From an uncultured candidate division Zixibacteria bacterium (GTDB taxonomy: Bacteria > Zixibacteria > MSB-5A5 > GN15 > FEB-12): 64,000 nucleotides of DNA. The DNA lies in contig OY760907.1 in the NCBI GenBank assembly GCA_963664195.1, positions 1,504,001 through 1,568,000 on the forward strand, written 5' to 3'. How positions within the stretch are numbered: position 1 is the stretch's first letter; every line of letters starts with the position of its first letter. The notes below the pieces were generated by a model, which saw only the letters and a program-made list of their open reading frames with translations, ran no database searches and was not told the DNA's origin. The position numbers and the translations under genes were made by a program. Below, one piece after another: positions 49,864 through 59,074 of the stretch.

Positions 49864-50772
49864 CTACTGTGCGGCAAGCGTAGAATTCGAGTCAGGTGCT
49901 CCACTCTCTGGCGGTTTGTCGTCCAATGTCGCACGGTTGCGGAAGGTTCTCACGGCCATCGCTGCGGCAAACAAGACTCCACCCACCACCGTCATGAAAC
50001 CGGCGATGGAAGCATCGAAAACCGAGGCACCGTAAAAACCGCCCACTGCGCAGGCTGCGCCAATGGCGACGGACAAACCCAGCATGACGATCAGGCGCGA
50101 GGTTAGCAAGTACGCGGTCGCCCCGGGGATAATCAACATGGCCACGACAAGAATCGCGCCCACGGATTCAAAAGCAGATACAACCGTCAGCGATACCATC
50201 GTCATCAAGGCATAGTGCCAGAATCGTTCGTTGATGCCGACCGAACTTGCCATTTGTGGATCGAATGAGCAGATTGTGAGCTGTCTTTTAAACAGGGTGA
50301 CGAACAGGAGATTAGCAAGGAAGATTCCGCCGAGAATCCAGAGCGGGCGAGGTCCGAAGCTGACTCCGTCGATGACCAGCAGGTTCCACGGTGTGTAAGC
50401 GATCTCGCCGTAGAGCACGCAGTCTTGATCGAGATCAACGGTATCTGCAAAAACAGCAACGAGAATCACACCGGCCGCGAACAGAAACGTGAAGACAACC
50501 CCCAGGGCGGCGTCGCGGTACAATCTGTTAGTACGGCTGAGCGTCTCGGTCAGGTACGCCGTGACAATTCCCATGACTGCCGCGCCGATAAACATCGGCA
50601 CCACATTTCTGCTGGCAGTGACGAGGAAGGCCAATACGATGCCGGGTAGGACAGCATGAGAGATAGCGTCGCCGAGCATGGAGTTTTGCCTCAATACGAG
50701 AAACGAACCTATCAGGGCGCACGAAGCTGCGGCAAAAACGCCGGTCAGAATTACCATCAGATCAGGGCTCAT
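49864..50772 (-). CDS. Mn/Zn/Fe ABC transporter permease (TroD/MntD)
   Basis: GDAISHAVLPG, DLD.DCVLYGE, FESVGAILVVA. Confidence 0.92.
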   Translation of the reverse strand: MSPDLMVILTGVFAAASCALIGSFLVLRQNSMLGDAISHAVLPGIVLAFLVTASRNVVPMFIGAAVMGIVTAYLTETLSRTNRLYRDAALGVVFTFLFAAGVILVAVFADTVDLDQDCVLYGEIAYTPWNLLVIDGVSFGPRPLWILGGIFLANLLFVTLFKRQLTICSFDPQMASSVGINERFWHYALMTMVSLTVVSAFESVGAILVVAMLIIPGATAYLLTSRLIVMLGLSVAIGAACAVGGFYGASVFDASIAGFMTVVGGVLFAAAMAVRTFRNRATLDDKPPESGAPDSNSTLAAQ

Positions 50773-52085
50773 TTGGTAGCCTCCCCCTGTATATAAGGAA
50801 TCTCCTGGTTGTGTGGATCGAACTGCGGACGGCCCAGGAGTTTCTCGAGTTTGTCCTCGAGCTCCGGTGTCAGTACGTGTTCCATGTCGTGAGCGTCGCG
50901 GTGAACATGATCCGGGGGAAGATTGACGACCTGTGTGAGGTAAACTTCCCAGAGGCGGTGGAGACGAACGATTCGTGCGCCTTCAATTACTCCGTTATCT
51001 GTCAGGTGAAAACCGCCATCGGCGGACATGACAAACCCCTGGCGGCGCAGCGCGGAGAGAGCACTTTTGAGTTCGCGTCTAGCAAAAGACCACATAGTAG
51101 TGATTTGATCAAGACCGAGCGGGTCGGCCCATCTTTTGTCATTGGCTCCGGAGTTGTAGAGCACTTTGAGAACGTGTTCGCGTGTTATTTTATTGCGCTG
51201 GTCGACATGGCTGAGCCATCGACTGACCACGCCTCGTCCGGGTGCGAAAAGAAGTGACAGGCCGAAGATAACGGAGATGACGATCACAATCCACGGTCCG
51301 GTCGGCAGCTTGGGTGCCAGGAAAGAGACATAGGCGCCCATCAGTCCCGCAAGCATACCAAAGGCCGCAGCCAATACGGTCATGAGGCCAAGCCTGTCGG
51401 TCCATTGGCGTGCAGCTGCCGCCGGGGTCATGAGCATTGCCGCCATTAGCACAACACCGACCGCCTGGAGACCGACTACCACTGCCAGTACAAGCATAGT
51501 TGTCAGCACGAATTGCAGCCAGCTGACATTGACCCCGATTGCGCGTGCGAATCCGGGGTCAAACGAAAGTAGCTTGAAACGGCTGAAGCCGATCACTACC
51601 ACCGTCAGCATCACTACCGTCACCCAGAACAGGAGTTTGACATCATCGCCGGAGATCGCGGCTGCCTGGCCAAAGAGGAACTTGTCCAATCCCGACTGTG
51701 AGCCCGCTCCTGATTTTTGGATGTGTGTGAGGATGACAATGCCGAGTCCGAAGAGCACAGACAAAACGATCCCCAGCGCGGAGTCCAGTTTGATTTTGGT
51801 TTTGCGCACCACCAGGTTCACTGCCAGTGCACCCAGCCACGCGGTTATGGCTGCGCCGATCAGCAGCGACGGAAGGTGCTTATATCCGACAACAAGAAAC
51901 GCTATGCCAACTCCGGGCAGCGCTGAGTGAGCCAGGGCGTCGCCGAGCAACGATTTCTTCTGCAGGTAGGCAAACGTACTCAGACAACCGGCCACGCAGC
52001 CGAGGAGAATCGAACCGGCGACCACGTTTTGTACATTGGCGTCGGAGAGCGAGAAAAAACGAATTGTCAGGTCCCAGAAATCCAT
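50769..52085 (-). CDS. Mn/Zn/Fe ABC permease fused to a C-terminal DtxR-like domain (TroC/MntC)
   Basis: GDALAHSALPG; tail VRLHRLWEVYL...VH.DA..MEH...DPH...IP. Confidence 0.92.
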   Translation of the reverse strand: MDFWDLTIRFFSLSDANVQNVVAGSILLGCVAGCLSTFAYLQKKSLLGDALAHSALPGVGIAFLVVGYKHLPSLLIGAAITAWLGALAVNLVVRKTKIKLDSALGIVLSVLFGLGIVILTHIQKSGAGSQSGLDKFLFGQAAAISGDDVKLLFWVTVVMLTVVVIGFSRFKLLSFDPGFARAIGVNVSWLQFVLTTMLVLAVVVGLQAVGVVLMAAMLMTPAAAARQWTDRLGLMTVLAAAFGMLAGLMGAYVSFLAPKLPTGPWIVIVISVIFGLSLLFAPGRGVVSRWLSHVDQRNKITREHVLKVLYNSGANDKRWADPLGLDQITTMWSFARRELKSALSALRRQGFVMSADGGFHLTDNGVIEGARIVRLHRLWEVYLTQVVNLPPDHVHRDAHDMEHVLTPELEDKLEKLLGRPQFDPHNQEIPYIQGEATK

Positions 52086-52100
52086 GTTGTGCTCCTGACC

Positions 52101-52859
52101 TTATCTCGTTTCGCCGATTTTCTGTGCGGCCTCTGAGAGGATGACCAGTTTGCCGCCGTAGGCAGACTGAACATTGTCCGAGGTGAAAACTTCTTCGGTT
52201 GGTCCGAATTTGACCAGTCTCATATTAAGCAGCATCACATAATCGAAATACTGCTGGACAGTATGGAGATCGTGATGAACGACCAGGACGGTTTTGCCAC
52301 GGTCTTTGAGGTCTTTCAGCAGGATGATGATCGCCTTTTCGGTGGCAGCATCGACCCCGGCAAACGGTTCATCCATCAGATATATCTTTGCGTCCTGCGT
52401 CAACGCTCTGGCGAGAAACACCCGCTGTTGCTGACCGCCGGAGAGCTGGCTGATCTGCCGCCTGGCGAATTCGGTCATGCCTACTTTTTCGAGAGAGGAC
52501 ATAGCTATATCGCGGTCTTCTTTCGACGGACGGCTGAATGTCGAGAGGCGGCCGTACCTGCCCATCAGGACAACGTCGAGCACGTTCACCGGAAAATCCC
52601 AGTCTACCGACTCCCGCTGAGGCACATACCCCACCAACAGGCGGTTGGCCTCGAGCGGTTCTCCGTATATCTTGACGTAGCCGGACAGGGTGGGCATCAG
52701 CCCCATTATGCCCTTGATGAGTGTTGACTTGCCGGCACCGTTGGGGCCGAGCAGGCCGATCAACTTTCCCTCGGGTAGTGAGAAGTCAACGTCCCACAGG
52801 ACCGGTTTCTTACCGTAAGCAACCGTCAGGTCGTGTACTTCGATAGGTGTGCTGTTCAT
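52101..52859 (-). CDS. metal ABC transporter ATP-binding protein (TroB/MntB)
   Basis: GPNGAGKST, LSGGQQQR, DEPF.GVD. Confidence 0.95.
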   Translation of the reverse strand: MNSTPIEVHDLTVAYGKKPVLWDVDFSLPEGKLIGLLGPNGAGKSTLIKGIMGLMPTLSGYVKIYGEPLEANRLLVGYVPQRESVDWDFPVNVLDVVLMGRYGRLSTFSRPSKEDRDIAMSSLEKVGMTEFARRQISQLSGGQQQRVFLARALTQDAKIYLMDEPFAGVDAATEKAIIILLKDLKDRGKTVLVVHHDLHTVQQYFDYVMLLNMRLVKFGPTEEVFTSDNVQSAYGGKLVILSEAAQKIGETR

Positions 52860-52871
52860 TCTATTGCAGTC

Positions 52872-53816
52872 CTACTTGAGTGCGTTTACTATCGTATTCA
52901 CATTGTGTCGAACCATGCCGAGATAGGTTCCCTCGGGTGTTCCCCGTTCGCCCATGGCATCGGAGAACAACTCCCCGCCGATGATGACGTTATGTCCGTC
53001 TGCTTTGCAACCCTCGACGACCGCCTCAATCGACTTGCGCGGCACCGACGACTCGACAAAAACCGCCTTGATCTTACGCTTGACCAGCAGATCGACCAAC
53101 TGGGTAACATCGTAAAGGCCCGCCTCGGTAACGGTAGAGATACCCTGGAGGCCGATTACTTCAATGTCGTAAGCTTCGCCAAAGTAGCTGAAGGCGTCGT
53201 GGGCAGTCACCAGAACGCGGCGCTCTTTCGGGATTTGCTGAATCTCGATGATGATCTTGTCGTGCAGCGTGATGATTGAATCAACGAACCTGTCACAGTT
53301 GGCCTGATAGAACTCTGCATTGGCGGCATCTTTCTCGACCAGCGTGGCAGAAATGGACTTGACCGCATTTGTCCAGAGGGCGAGGTTGAACCAAACATGC
53401 GGATCCGGATGGCCCTCGAATTTCTTCGGGTGATGCAGGAGAGAGTCAGGAATGCCATCGGCGACCGGGACCGTGGTCTTGGTCATGCTCATTTTCTCGA
53501 ACACGTCGGTAAGCTTTGCTTCGAGATGCAGGCCGTTGTAGAACACGATGTCGGCGTTGTGAAACTGTTCAATATCACCTTTGGTTGCTTTGTAGAGATG
53601 CGGATCAACGCCCGGTCCCATCATACCATAGATTTCCACCTTGTCTCCGGCGACCATTTTGACTGCATCGGCGATCATACCGGTGGTGGCGATAACTTTG
53701 AGTTTTCCGTTATCCGCGGTTTTTTCTTTTGTGCCGCAGCCGAAGATCGAAAGGGTTGCGACGACGGTCGGGATCAAAAGCAAAGCGGTGATGCGTTTCA
53801 TCGTTTCTCCGTACAT
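52872..53816 (-). CDS. metal ABC transporter substrate-binding lipoprotein (TroA/MntA)
   Basis: lipobox IFGC; GVDPHLY, DPHVW, TAHDAF.YF, LFSD. Confidence 0.95.
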   Translation of the reverse strand: MYGETMKRITALLLIPTVVATLSIFGCGTKEKTADNGKLKVIATTGMIADAVKMVAGDKVEIYGMMGPGVDPHLYKATKGDIEQFHNADIVFYNGLHLEAKLTDVFEKMSMTKTTVPVADGIPDSLLHHPKKFEGHPDPHVWFNLALWTNAVKSISATLVEKDAANAEFYQANCDRFVDSIITLHDKIIIEIQQIPKERRVLVTAHDAFSYFGEAYDIEVIGLQGISTVTEAGLYDVTQLVDLLVKRKIKAVFVESSVPRKSIEAVVEGCKADGHNVIIGGELFSDAMGERGTPEGTYLGMVRHNVNTIVNALK

Positions 53817-53819
53817 AGT

Positions 53820-54314
53820 TCAAGTGCGCCAGCCGGTGGTTTTATTCGCTGACAGGGTGTTGAAATCTTGTGTTCCTCGGGACGCTTGTTTCACAAATCG
53901 TGAAAACAGCTCCTGCTGTTTGCTGTCCAGTTCCTCCACAAACTCAAGGAATTCGTGCAGGCGCTGGGCCGCACGGTTGGTCAGGCCGTGCTCCAACTGG
54001 CACGCGTTGACTTGTGCTTCATCACCTCGCAGCCCTAAAATCGTGGTGAAAAACTGCACGAGGTCTTCGTGGCGATGCAGAATTTCGGTTGCCAGTTTCT
54101 CTCCAACGGGAGTCAGATCAACCGCGCGGCGTAAACTGTGTTCCAGCAGCCCCATATCCGTCAGTTTCCTCACTGCCCGGCTCACAGTGGGTAAGCGTGT
54201 ACCCAATTCGGCGGCAATTTCGCTGATTCGCACAGAACCCCTGCCATTTGCCTGTTCCAGCCGATAAATGATCTCCATGTAATCCTGCTGAGCAGGCGTC
54301 AGTGTCAGGGCCAT
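53820..54314 (-). CDS. DtxR/MntR-family metal-dependent repressor
   Basis: DYME.IY.L, IA..LG...PTVS, LT..G, RH..L, AC.LEH. Confidence 0.92.
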   Translation of the reverse strand: MALTLTPAQQDYMEIIYRLEQANGRGSVRISEIAAELGTRLPTVSRAVRKLTDMGLLEHSLRRAVDLTPVGEKLATEILHRHEDLVQFFTTILGLRGDEAQVNACQLEHGLTNRAAQRLHEFLEFVEELDSKQQELFSRFVKQASRGTQDFNTLSANKTTGWRT

Positions 54315-54326
54315 TGCAGACCTCTC

Positions 54327-54346
54327 TAGTTACCTTAGGGTAATTA
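54327..54346. promoter_or_regulatory. DtxR/MntR operator palindrome
   Basis: TAGTTACCTT/AGGGTAATTA near-perfect 20-bp palindrome just upstream of the repressor RBS. Confidence 0.7.
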
Positions 54347-54433
54347 GCAGAACGCTTAGGCCTCTGTAAGGTTTCAGGAAAATCATGGTCGAGCAAGTTT
54401 TGTTATTCGCAAGCAGTCAAAGGCTCCTTTATC

Positions 54434-54462
54434 TTGACAAACCCCCACCGTGCGTCCATAAT
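54434..54462 (+). promoter_or_regulatory. sigma70-type promoter for the nfi-like operon
   Basis: TTGACA-17 bp-CATAAT. Confidence 0.65.
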
Positions 54463-54599
54463 ATGTCTATAGAGGTAGCGGAATGTTTGAACGGTCTCCC
54501 GGGCCGTTGGGCAGAGTGGGGCTTCACATCAGTTTACTGTGATTTCAGCAAACCGAGAGCAAACGCACGCTTTGCGTGCGCAGGGAGGGTCTGCACGAT

Positions 54600-55313
54600 T
54601 TGGAATGGATATTAGGTCACGATTGGCCGACAGACAAGAAGGGCGCGTATGCGATACTCAGCGAGCGAGCCAAGCAGGTCGACTGTACCGCCAACATATC
54701 TGAACCGACCTCGATAGTGGCTGTTGAGGCCGCTTATGGTCATGGGGGTGCGTCTGTCTATGCGGCGGCGATTGCCCTCACTTTTCCGGACCTGCAGGAG
54801 GTCGAGCGCAGCTATTTTCATTTGCCGACCGAGTTTCCGTACATTCCGGGGTTGTTCTATTTTCGGGAAGGGCCGGCATTGGTGAATGCCCTGCTTGCCA
54901 TGAAAACTGACCCCGATTTGATCATGGTCAGCGGCCACGGAATTGCGCATCCCAAGCAGTGTGGTATAGCGAGTCATATAGGGATGTCCTTCGACAAGCC
55001 GACGATTGGAGTAGCCCGGCGACTTCTGACGGGCACGCATCGGCCGGTCAAAGAGACCAAGGGTAGCTCCCAGCCGATCCGTCAGGGGCAGACCGAGCTG
55101 GGGGTTGCGTATCGCAGCAAGGACAATGTGAAACCGATCTTCATCTCTCCCGGTCATCAATGTGATCTTGCTTTTGCACGCAATATTGTTGTACGATGTC
55201 TTCGCGGGTACCGCTTGCCGGAGCCGCTTCGCTTCGCCCACCTTCTGGCTAACAAGCACAAACGGTATGTTGAAAGGGATAACAGGAATAAGCAACCAGA
55301 CCCTGCACCGTGA
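54600..55313 (+). CDS. nfi: endonuclease V family protein (start uncertain, 54576 or 54600)
   Basis: FPYIPG...FRE, GHGIAHP..GIASH.G, PTIGVA, P.FIS.GH, RLPEPLR.AH. Confidence 0.85.
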   Translation: MEWILGHDWPTDKKGAYAILSERAKQVDCTANISEPTSIVAVEAAYGHGGASVYAAAIALTFPDLQEVERSYFHLPTEFPYIPGLFYFREGPALVNALLAMKTDPDLIMVSGHGIAHPKQCGIASHIGMSFDKPTIGVARRLLTGTHRPVKETKGSSQPIRQGQTELGVAYRSKDNVKPIFISPGHQCDLAFARNIVVRCLRGYRLPEPLRFAHLLANKHKRYVERDNRNKQPDPAP

Positions 55314-55338
55314 ACCGCTCCCAAGCGTACAAATACAT

Positions 55339-56532
55339 ATGAACACCACACGTACAGACATTCTTGGCCTCGCCCGGAAGTGGCATAAGAGGCAGGTGAA
55401 GTGGCGTCGCCACTTTCATCGATTCCCGGAGATCTCCAACGAGGAAATCAGAACCACGTCTTTCATCCGCGGCGAGCTGAAGAAACTCGGTGTGAAGCTG
55501 TTGCCGTTGAAGATGAAAACCGGCGTGCTGGCGCAGATCAACGGCGCCGGGTCGGGCAAGACGGTGGCGATTCGCTCCGATATTGATGCTCTTCCGGTGA
55601 CCGAGTTGACCGGGTTGCCGTTTGCCTCGAAGCATAACGGTTGCATGCACGCCTGCGGTCACGATATGCACATGGCGACGGTGCTAGGTGTGGCCGGGAT
55701 TCTTGCGAAGCTGCAGCCGGAGCTGAAGGGGAACGTCCGGTTTCTTTTTCAGCCGGCCGAAGAAATGCCTCCCGGAGGGGCGCGTCCGATGATTGCCTGC
55801 GGGGCGCTGGAGGATGTGAGCACGATTTTCGGTATTCACACCGATCCGCATCTGGCGGTCGGTAAGATTGCCCTTCGTGACGGTCCCACGATGGCCTCCG
55901 TCTACGATTTTGATATTGTTATCCACGGCAAGGGCGGTCATGCGGCTCGTCCGCAGTCATCGGTTGACGCGATAGTGACAGCATCGGAAGTCGTCTCTTC
56001 GCTGCAAACGATTATCTCGCGCGAACTCAACCCGATCGACGCCGCGACCATAACTTTTGGCCAGATCAGGGGAGGTGTGGCGCGCAACGTAATTGCCGAT
56101 CAGGTCACCCTGGTAGGGACGGCGCGAACACTTTCGCCTCAGGCCCTGAAGGCGCTGCCAGGGTTGATCAAACGGACTGTTGCCGGCGTCTGCAAGGCTC
56201 GCGGGGCCTCTTGCGACGTGAACGAGATTGCCAGCTACCCGGTGCTCGTTAATCATGCAGCAACCAATCGGCTTTTTGCCCGGTGTTTTGAAGAACTGTT
56301 TGGAAGGAAGAGGGTTGTGGAGGCTGAATCCGTGCTTGGCGGCGAAGATTTTGCCTGCTATCTTGAAAAGGTCCCCGGAGCCTGGATGCGAGTAGGAGTG
56401 ATGAACAAGAAGATCAAAGCGGATCAACCCTGGCATTCGCCGAGGTTCGTGGTCGACGAGGAATCGATCTACTACGGCACTGCGCTTCTTGTTGCTTCAA
56501 CTCTGGAATACCTGGGTGGATCAGAAACATGA
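55339..56532 (+). CDS. M20D amidohydrolase
   Basis: PE.SNEE..T, RSDIDALP, MHACGHD.H, FQPAEE, G.GGHAA.P, GEDF. Confidence 0.93.
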   Translation: MNTTRTDILGLARKWHKRQVKWRRHFHRFPEISNEEIRTTSFIRGELKKLGVKLLPLKMKTGVLAQINGAGSGKTVAIRSDIDALPVTELTGLPFASKHNGCMHACGHDMHMATVLGVAGILAKLQPELKGNVRFLFQPAEEMPPGGARPMIACGALEDVSTIFGIHTDPHLAVGKIALRDGPTMASVYDFDIVIHGKGGHAARPQSSVDAIVTASEVVSSLQTIISRELNPIDAATITFGQIRGGVARNVIADQVTLVGTARTLSPQALKALPGLIKRTVAGVCKARGASCDVNEIASYPVLVNHAATNRLFARCFEELFGRKRVVEAESVLGGEDFACYLEKVPGAWMRVGVMNKKIKADQPWHSPRFVVDEESIYYGTALLVASTLEYLGGSET

Positions 56533-57998
56533 CTCCCCGGAAAACCATCCTGAGCTGCGTACTGCTTCTACTGATGACCATGCCTGTTTCTGCCCAATGG
56601 TTGAAAGGTCAGGCAGTCACCTACGGTGATTTTGGCTACGTGCATTCTGTTACCAGCTCTATGAGCCACGTCTATTTCGCCACTTCAAGCGGAATCATCT
56701 GCTATGACCGAATCGGTATGGGCTGGGAGCAACCGCTGACCGGCGCTGACGGAATGTTCGATGAAATCGCCACGCGGATATGGGTGGACCGATTTGATGA
56801 CAAACTGTGTGCCTCGACGGATATGGGGTTCTATGAGTACAACAAGCTTTTTGACCGCTGGTATCCTATTTCGGAACTGCCGCAAATAGACCAGAGCGAT
56901 CGACATCTGTCCGCACCCGATTTCCTATTGCCGGAGTTCAATGCCAATTATATGGGCGAAGGTCGTTTTGTAGACACCGAAGGCCGTTCGTACACCACCA
57001 CTGATATTGTCGATGACAATGCCGGCTATCTATGGATAGGGACCTGGGGATTCGGAGCGGCGAAAGCCAGAACGTCCTCGGGGCTGATGAATTTCCTCCC
57101 GTACGGATTGCTCCAGAGTCGAGTCAACGTGATCTTCCCTGATGACAGCGTGCTCTGGGTTTCGGGTGCTACCATGAGTGCCTGGCGCACCGGCCTGACC
57201 GCTTTCAATCCCGAGAAGAACGTGTTTTTCCATGTGGAGTCCGGTGTGCACCGCGGCTTTCCAGACGAGGATGTCAATTGTCTTGAGGGGGACCAGCAGA
57301 ATCTGTACGTCGGCACGCCCCGTGGCATGTATGTTCTCGATCGTTCAACTTGGTTTGCAAAGGGGCCGGTTGACCGTCGACGAGGCCTTCTTGATGACAA
57401 CGTGCTATCTATGTGTCGTCTCGGGGACAGTCTGTTCGTCGGTACGGCGTCCGGTCTGAGTATGATTGGCCTGACTACGGATTCGGTGTATCAAATCCGA
57501 ACGAACACATTTCTCGATCAGTATATCTACGATCTGGAAGCGGCTGGCGATGATCTCTGGATAGCCGCCAGCACCGGCGCGTATCGACTCTCGCTCAAGA
57601 CCGGCAAGCTCCACCAGTTCCAGGATCCCGATCTCGTGTTGTTCAGCCGGGTGTTTGACATAGAGTTTTTTGACAATCAGGTGTGGTTCTCCTCCGACGG
57701 CGGCGTGGTTAGTCTCGATCTCGAAACCGGCGAGACAGAACCATACCGTGAGGCTTCGAGCCGTATCGACGCCCGCGCGCTGGCGGTAAATCAATGGGCG
57801 GTCGCGTTTGCTTCCGACGATGGCATGACGATGGTCTTCTTCGACCGGGAGAAGCCGTACAGCCGGGAATTCACGACCTCGGACGGTCTGCCCTCGGATC
57901 AAGTTTTCAGCCTGCTTTTTGACGAGGAGTACATCTGGATTGGCACAGATCGGGGATTGACGCGGTTTCTCTGGGATAATCCCGATCGTGTCGATTGA
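56529..57998 (+). CDS. secreted beta-propeller protein
   Basis: signal peptide; repeats LWIGT..G, GL.DD.V, DGLPSD.V. Confidence 0.75.
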   Translation: MTPRKTILSCVLLLLMTMPVSAQWLKGQAVTYGDFGYVHSVTSSMSHVYFATSSGIICYDRIGMGWEQPLTGADGMFDEIATRIWVDRFDDKLCASTDMGFYEYNKLFDRWYPISELPQIDQSDRHLSAPDFLLPEFNANYMGEGRFVDTEGRSYTTTDIVDDNAGYLWIGTWGFGAAKARTSSGLMNFLPYGLLQSRVNVIFPDDSVLWVSGATMSAWRTGLTAFNPEKNVFFHVESGVHRGFPDEDVNCLEGDQQNLYVGTPRGMYVLDRSTWFAKGPVDRRRGLLDDNVLSMCRLGDSLFVGTASGLSMIGLTTDSVYQIRTNTFLDQYIYDLEAAGDDLWIAASTGAYRLSLKTGKLHQFQDPDLVLFSRVFDIEFFDNQVWFSSDGGVVSLDLETGETEPYREASSRIDARALAVNQWAVAFASDDGMTMVFFDREKPYSREFTTSDGLPSDQVFSLLFDEEYIWIGTDRGLTRFLWDNPDRVD

Positions 57999-58135
57999 AC
58001 TCTCTTCCGTATTACCGTGTCGCACCACAATCAGAATATGCGGTTGATTGCCGACATTCAATGTAGTACCATGACAGGTGTGGAGCTAATCGGGCGTGTC
58101 CCGCTAAACGAACAGACTGGCATCGACCGGCATAA

Positions 58136-59074
58136 ATGAAATGGTTGCTGAACAATTTTTGGCTTAAGGTGGTCGCGTTTGCGGCGGGCCTGCTCGTGTG
58201 GTTTCATGTTGCTACAGAGAAATCGTACGACTTCGACATCACACTGCCGGTAACCGAGATTGCCCTCAAAGACCAATTGGCGCTCTCCAAGGAACCTCCA
58301 GATTCCCTCTTCGTATCGGTCTCCGCGACCGGCAAACAGCTTCTTCGCCACGAGTGGCGTGACCGTGGCGTGCGTATCAATGCCACGCAGTACCAGGCTG
58401 GTCGGTACTCATTGTCGCTGTCGAAGTTGAACACGTTTCTCGTTTACACCGAAGATCTGATCTCGCTGGATGAAGTGATCTCGCCGGTTACGGTGCCGCT
58501 GGAAATAGATGTTGAGTCGGCGTCCAGCGTCAAGGTGGTGCCTGATCTCGATGTCTCTGCCGATGAGGGTTTTGCGATTGGTCAGGAGTTGGTAGTGGTG
58601 CCGCCGACAGTGAGATTGACCGGACCGCGCTCGAAAGTTGGGTTGATTACGTCGTTGCCGACCGAACCCAAGAAGCTCGGCGGCTTGAAGAACCCGGTGA
58701 CTATGAGGCTCGCGTTGATTCCGCCCAAGGGATTCGGGTTTCACTTGGCTCCGGATTCGGTGACGGTAACCGTGCCGGTGGTGCCGGTGAAAACGCGGGT
58801 GTATGAGGATATCCCGGTAGTGGTCTTTAATGCGCCGCCGGATGTGGTCGTGACGACTGATCCCAAAGTTGTGCGGCTTGAGATTATCGGTCCGCCAGAT
58901 GATATTGACCTTCTCAATCGCAATGCCCTGACCGCGTCAGTGGATTACCGTCGCCAAAACACCGAGAATCGGGCCGGTATCAAAGTTGACTGCCCGCCAA
59001 ACTTCAGGCTTAAGAGAGCCTCAGACCAATCCGTACATATCCAGGTAGACACCAATGCTGACCTTAGGAATTGA
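58136..59074 (+). CDS. CdaR/YbbR-like domain protein
   Basis: N.WLK..A...LLVWF.V anchor; P.TV.LTGP.S YbbR repeats. Confidence 0.8.
   Translation: MKWLLNNFWLKVVAFAAGLLVWFHVATEKSYDFDITLPVTEIALKDQLALSKEPPDSLFVSVSATGKQLLRHEWRDRGVRINATQYQAGRYSLSLSKLNTFLVYTEDLISLDEVISPVTVPLEIDVESASSVKVVPDLDVSADEGFAIGQELVVVPPTVRLTGPRSKVGLITSLPTEPKKLGGLKNPVTMRLALIPPKGFGFHLAPDSVTVTVPVVPVKTRVYEDIPVVVFNAPPDVVVTTDPKVVRLEIIGPPDDIDLLNRNALTASVDYRRQNTENRAGIKVDCPPNFRLKRASDQSVHIQVDTNADLRN

Noticed and set aside
54469..54599. Lysine riboswitch (AGAGGTAGC start)
   Set aside because: Too short, lacks the downstream conserved elements, and the gene context is unrelated.
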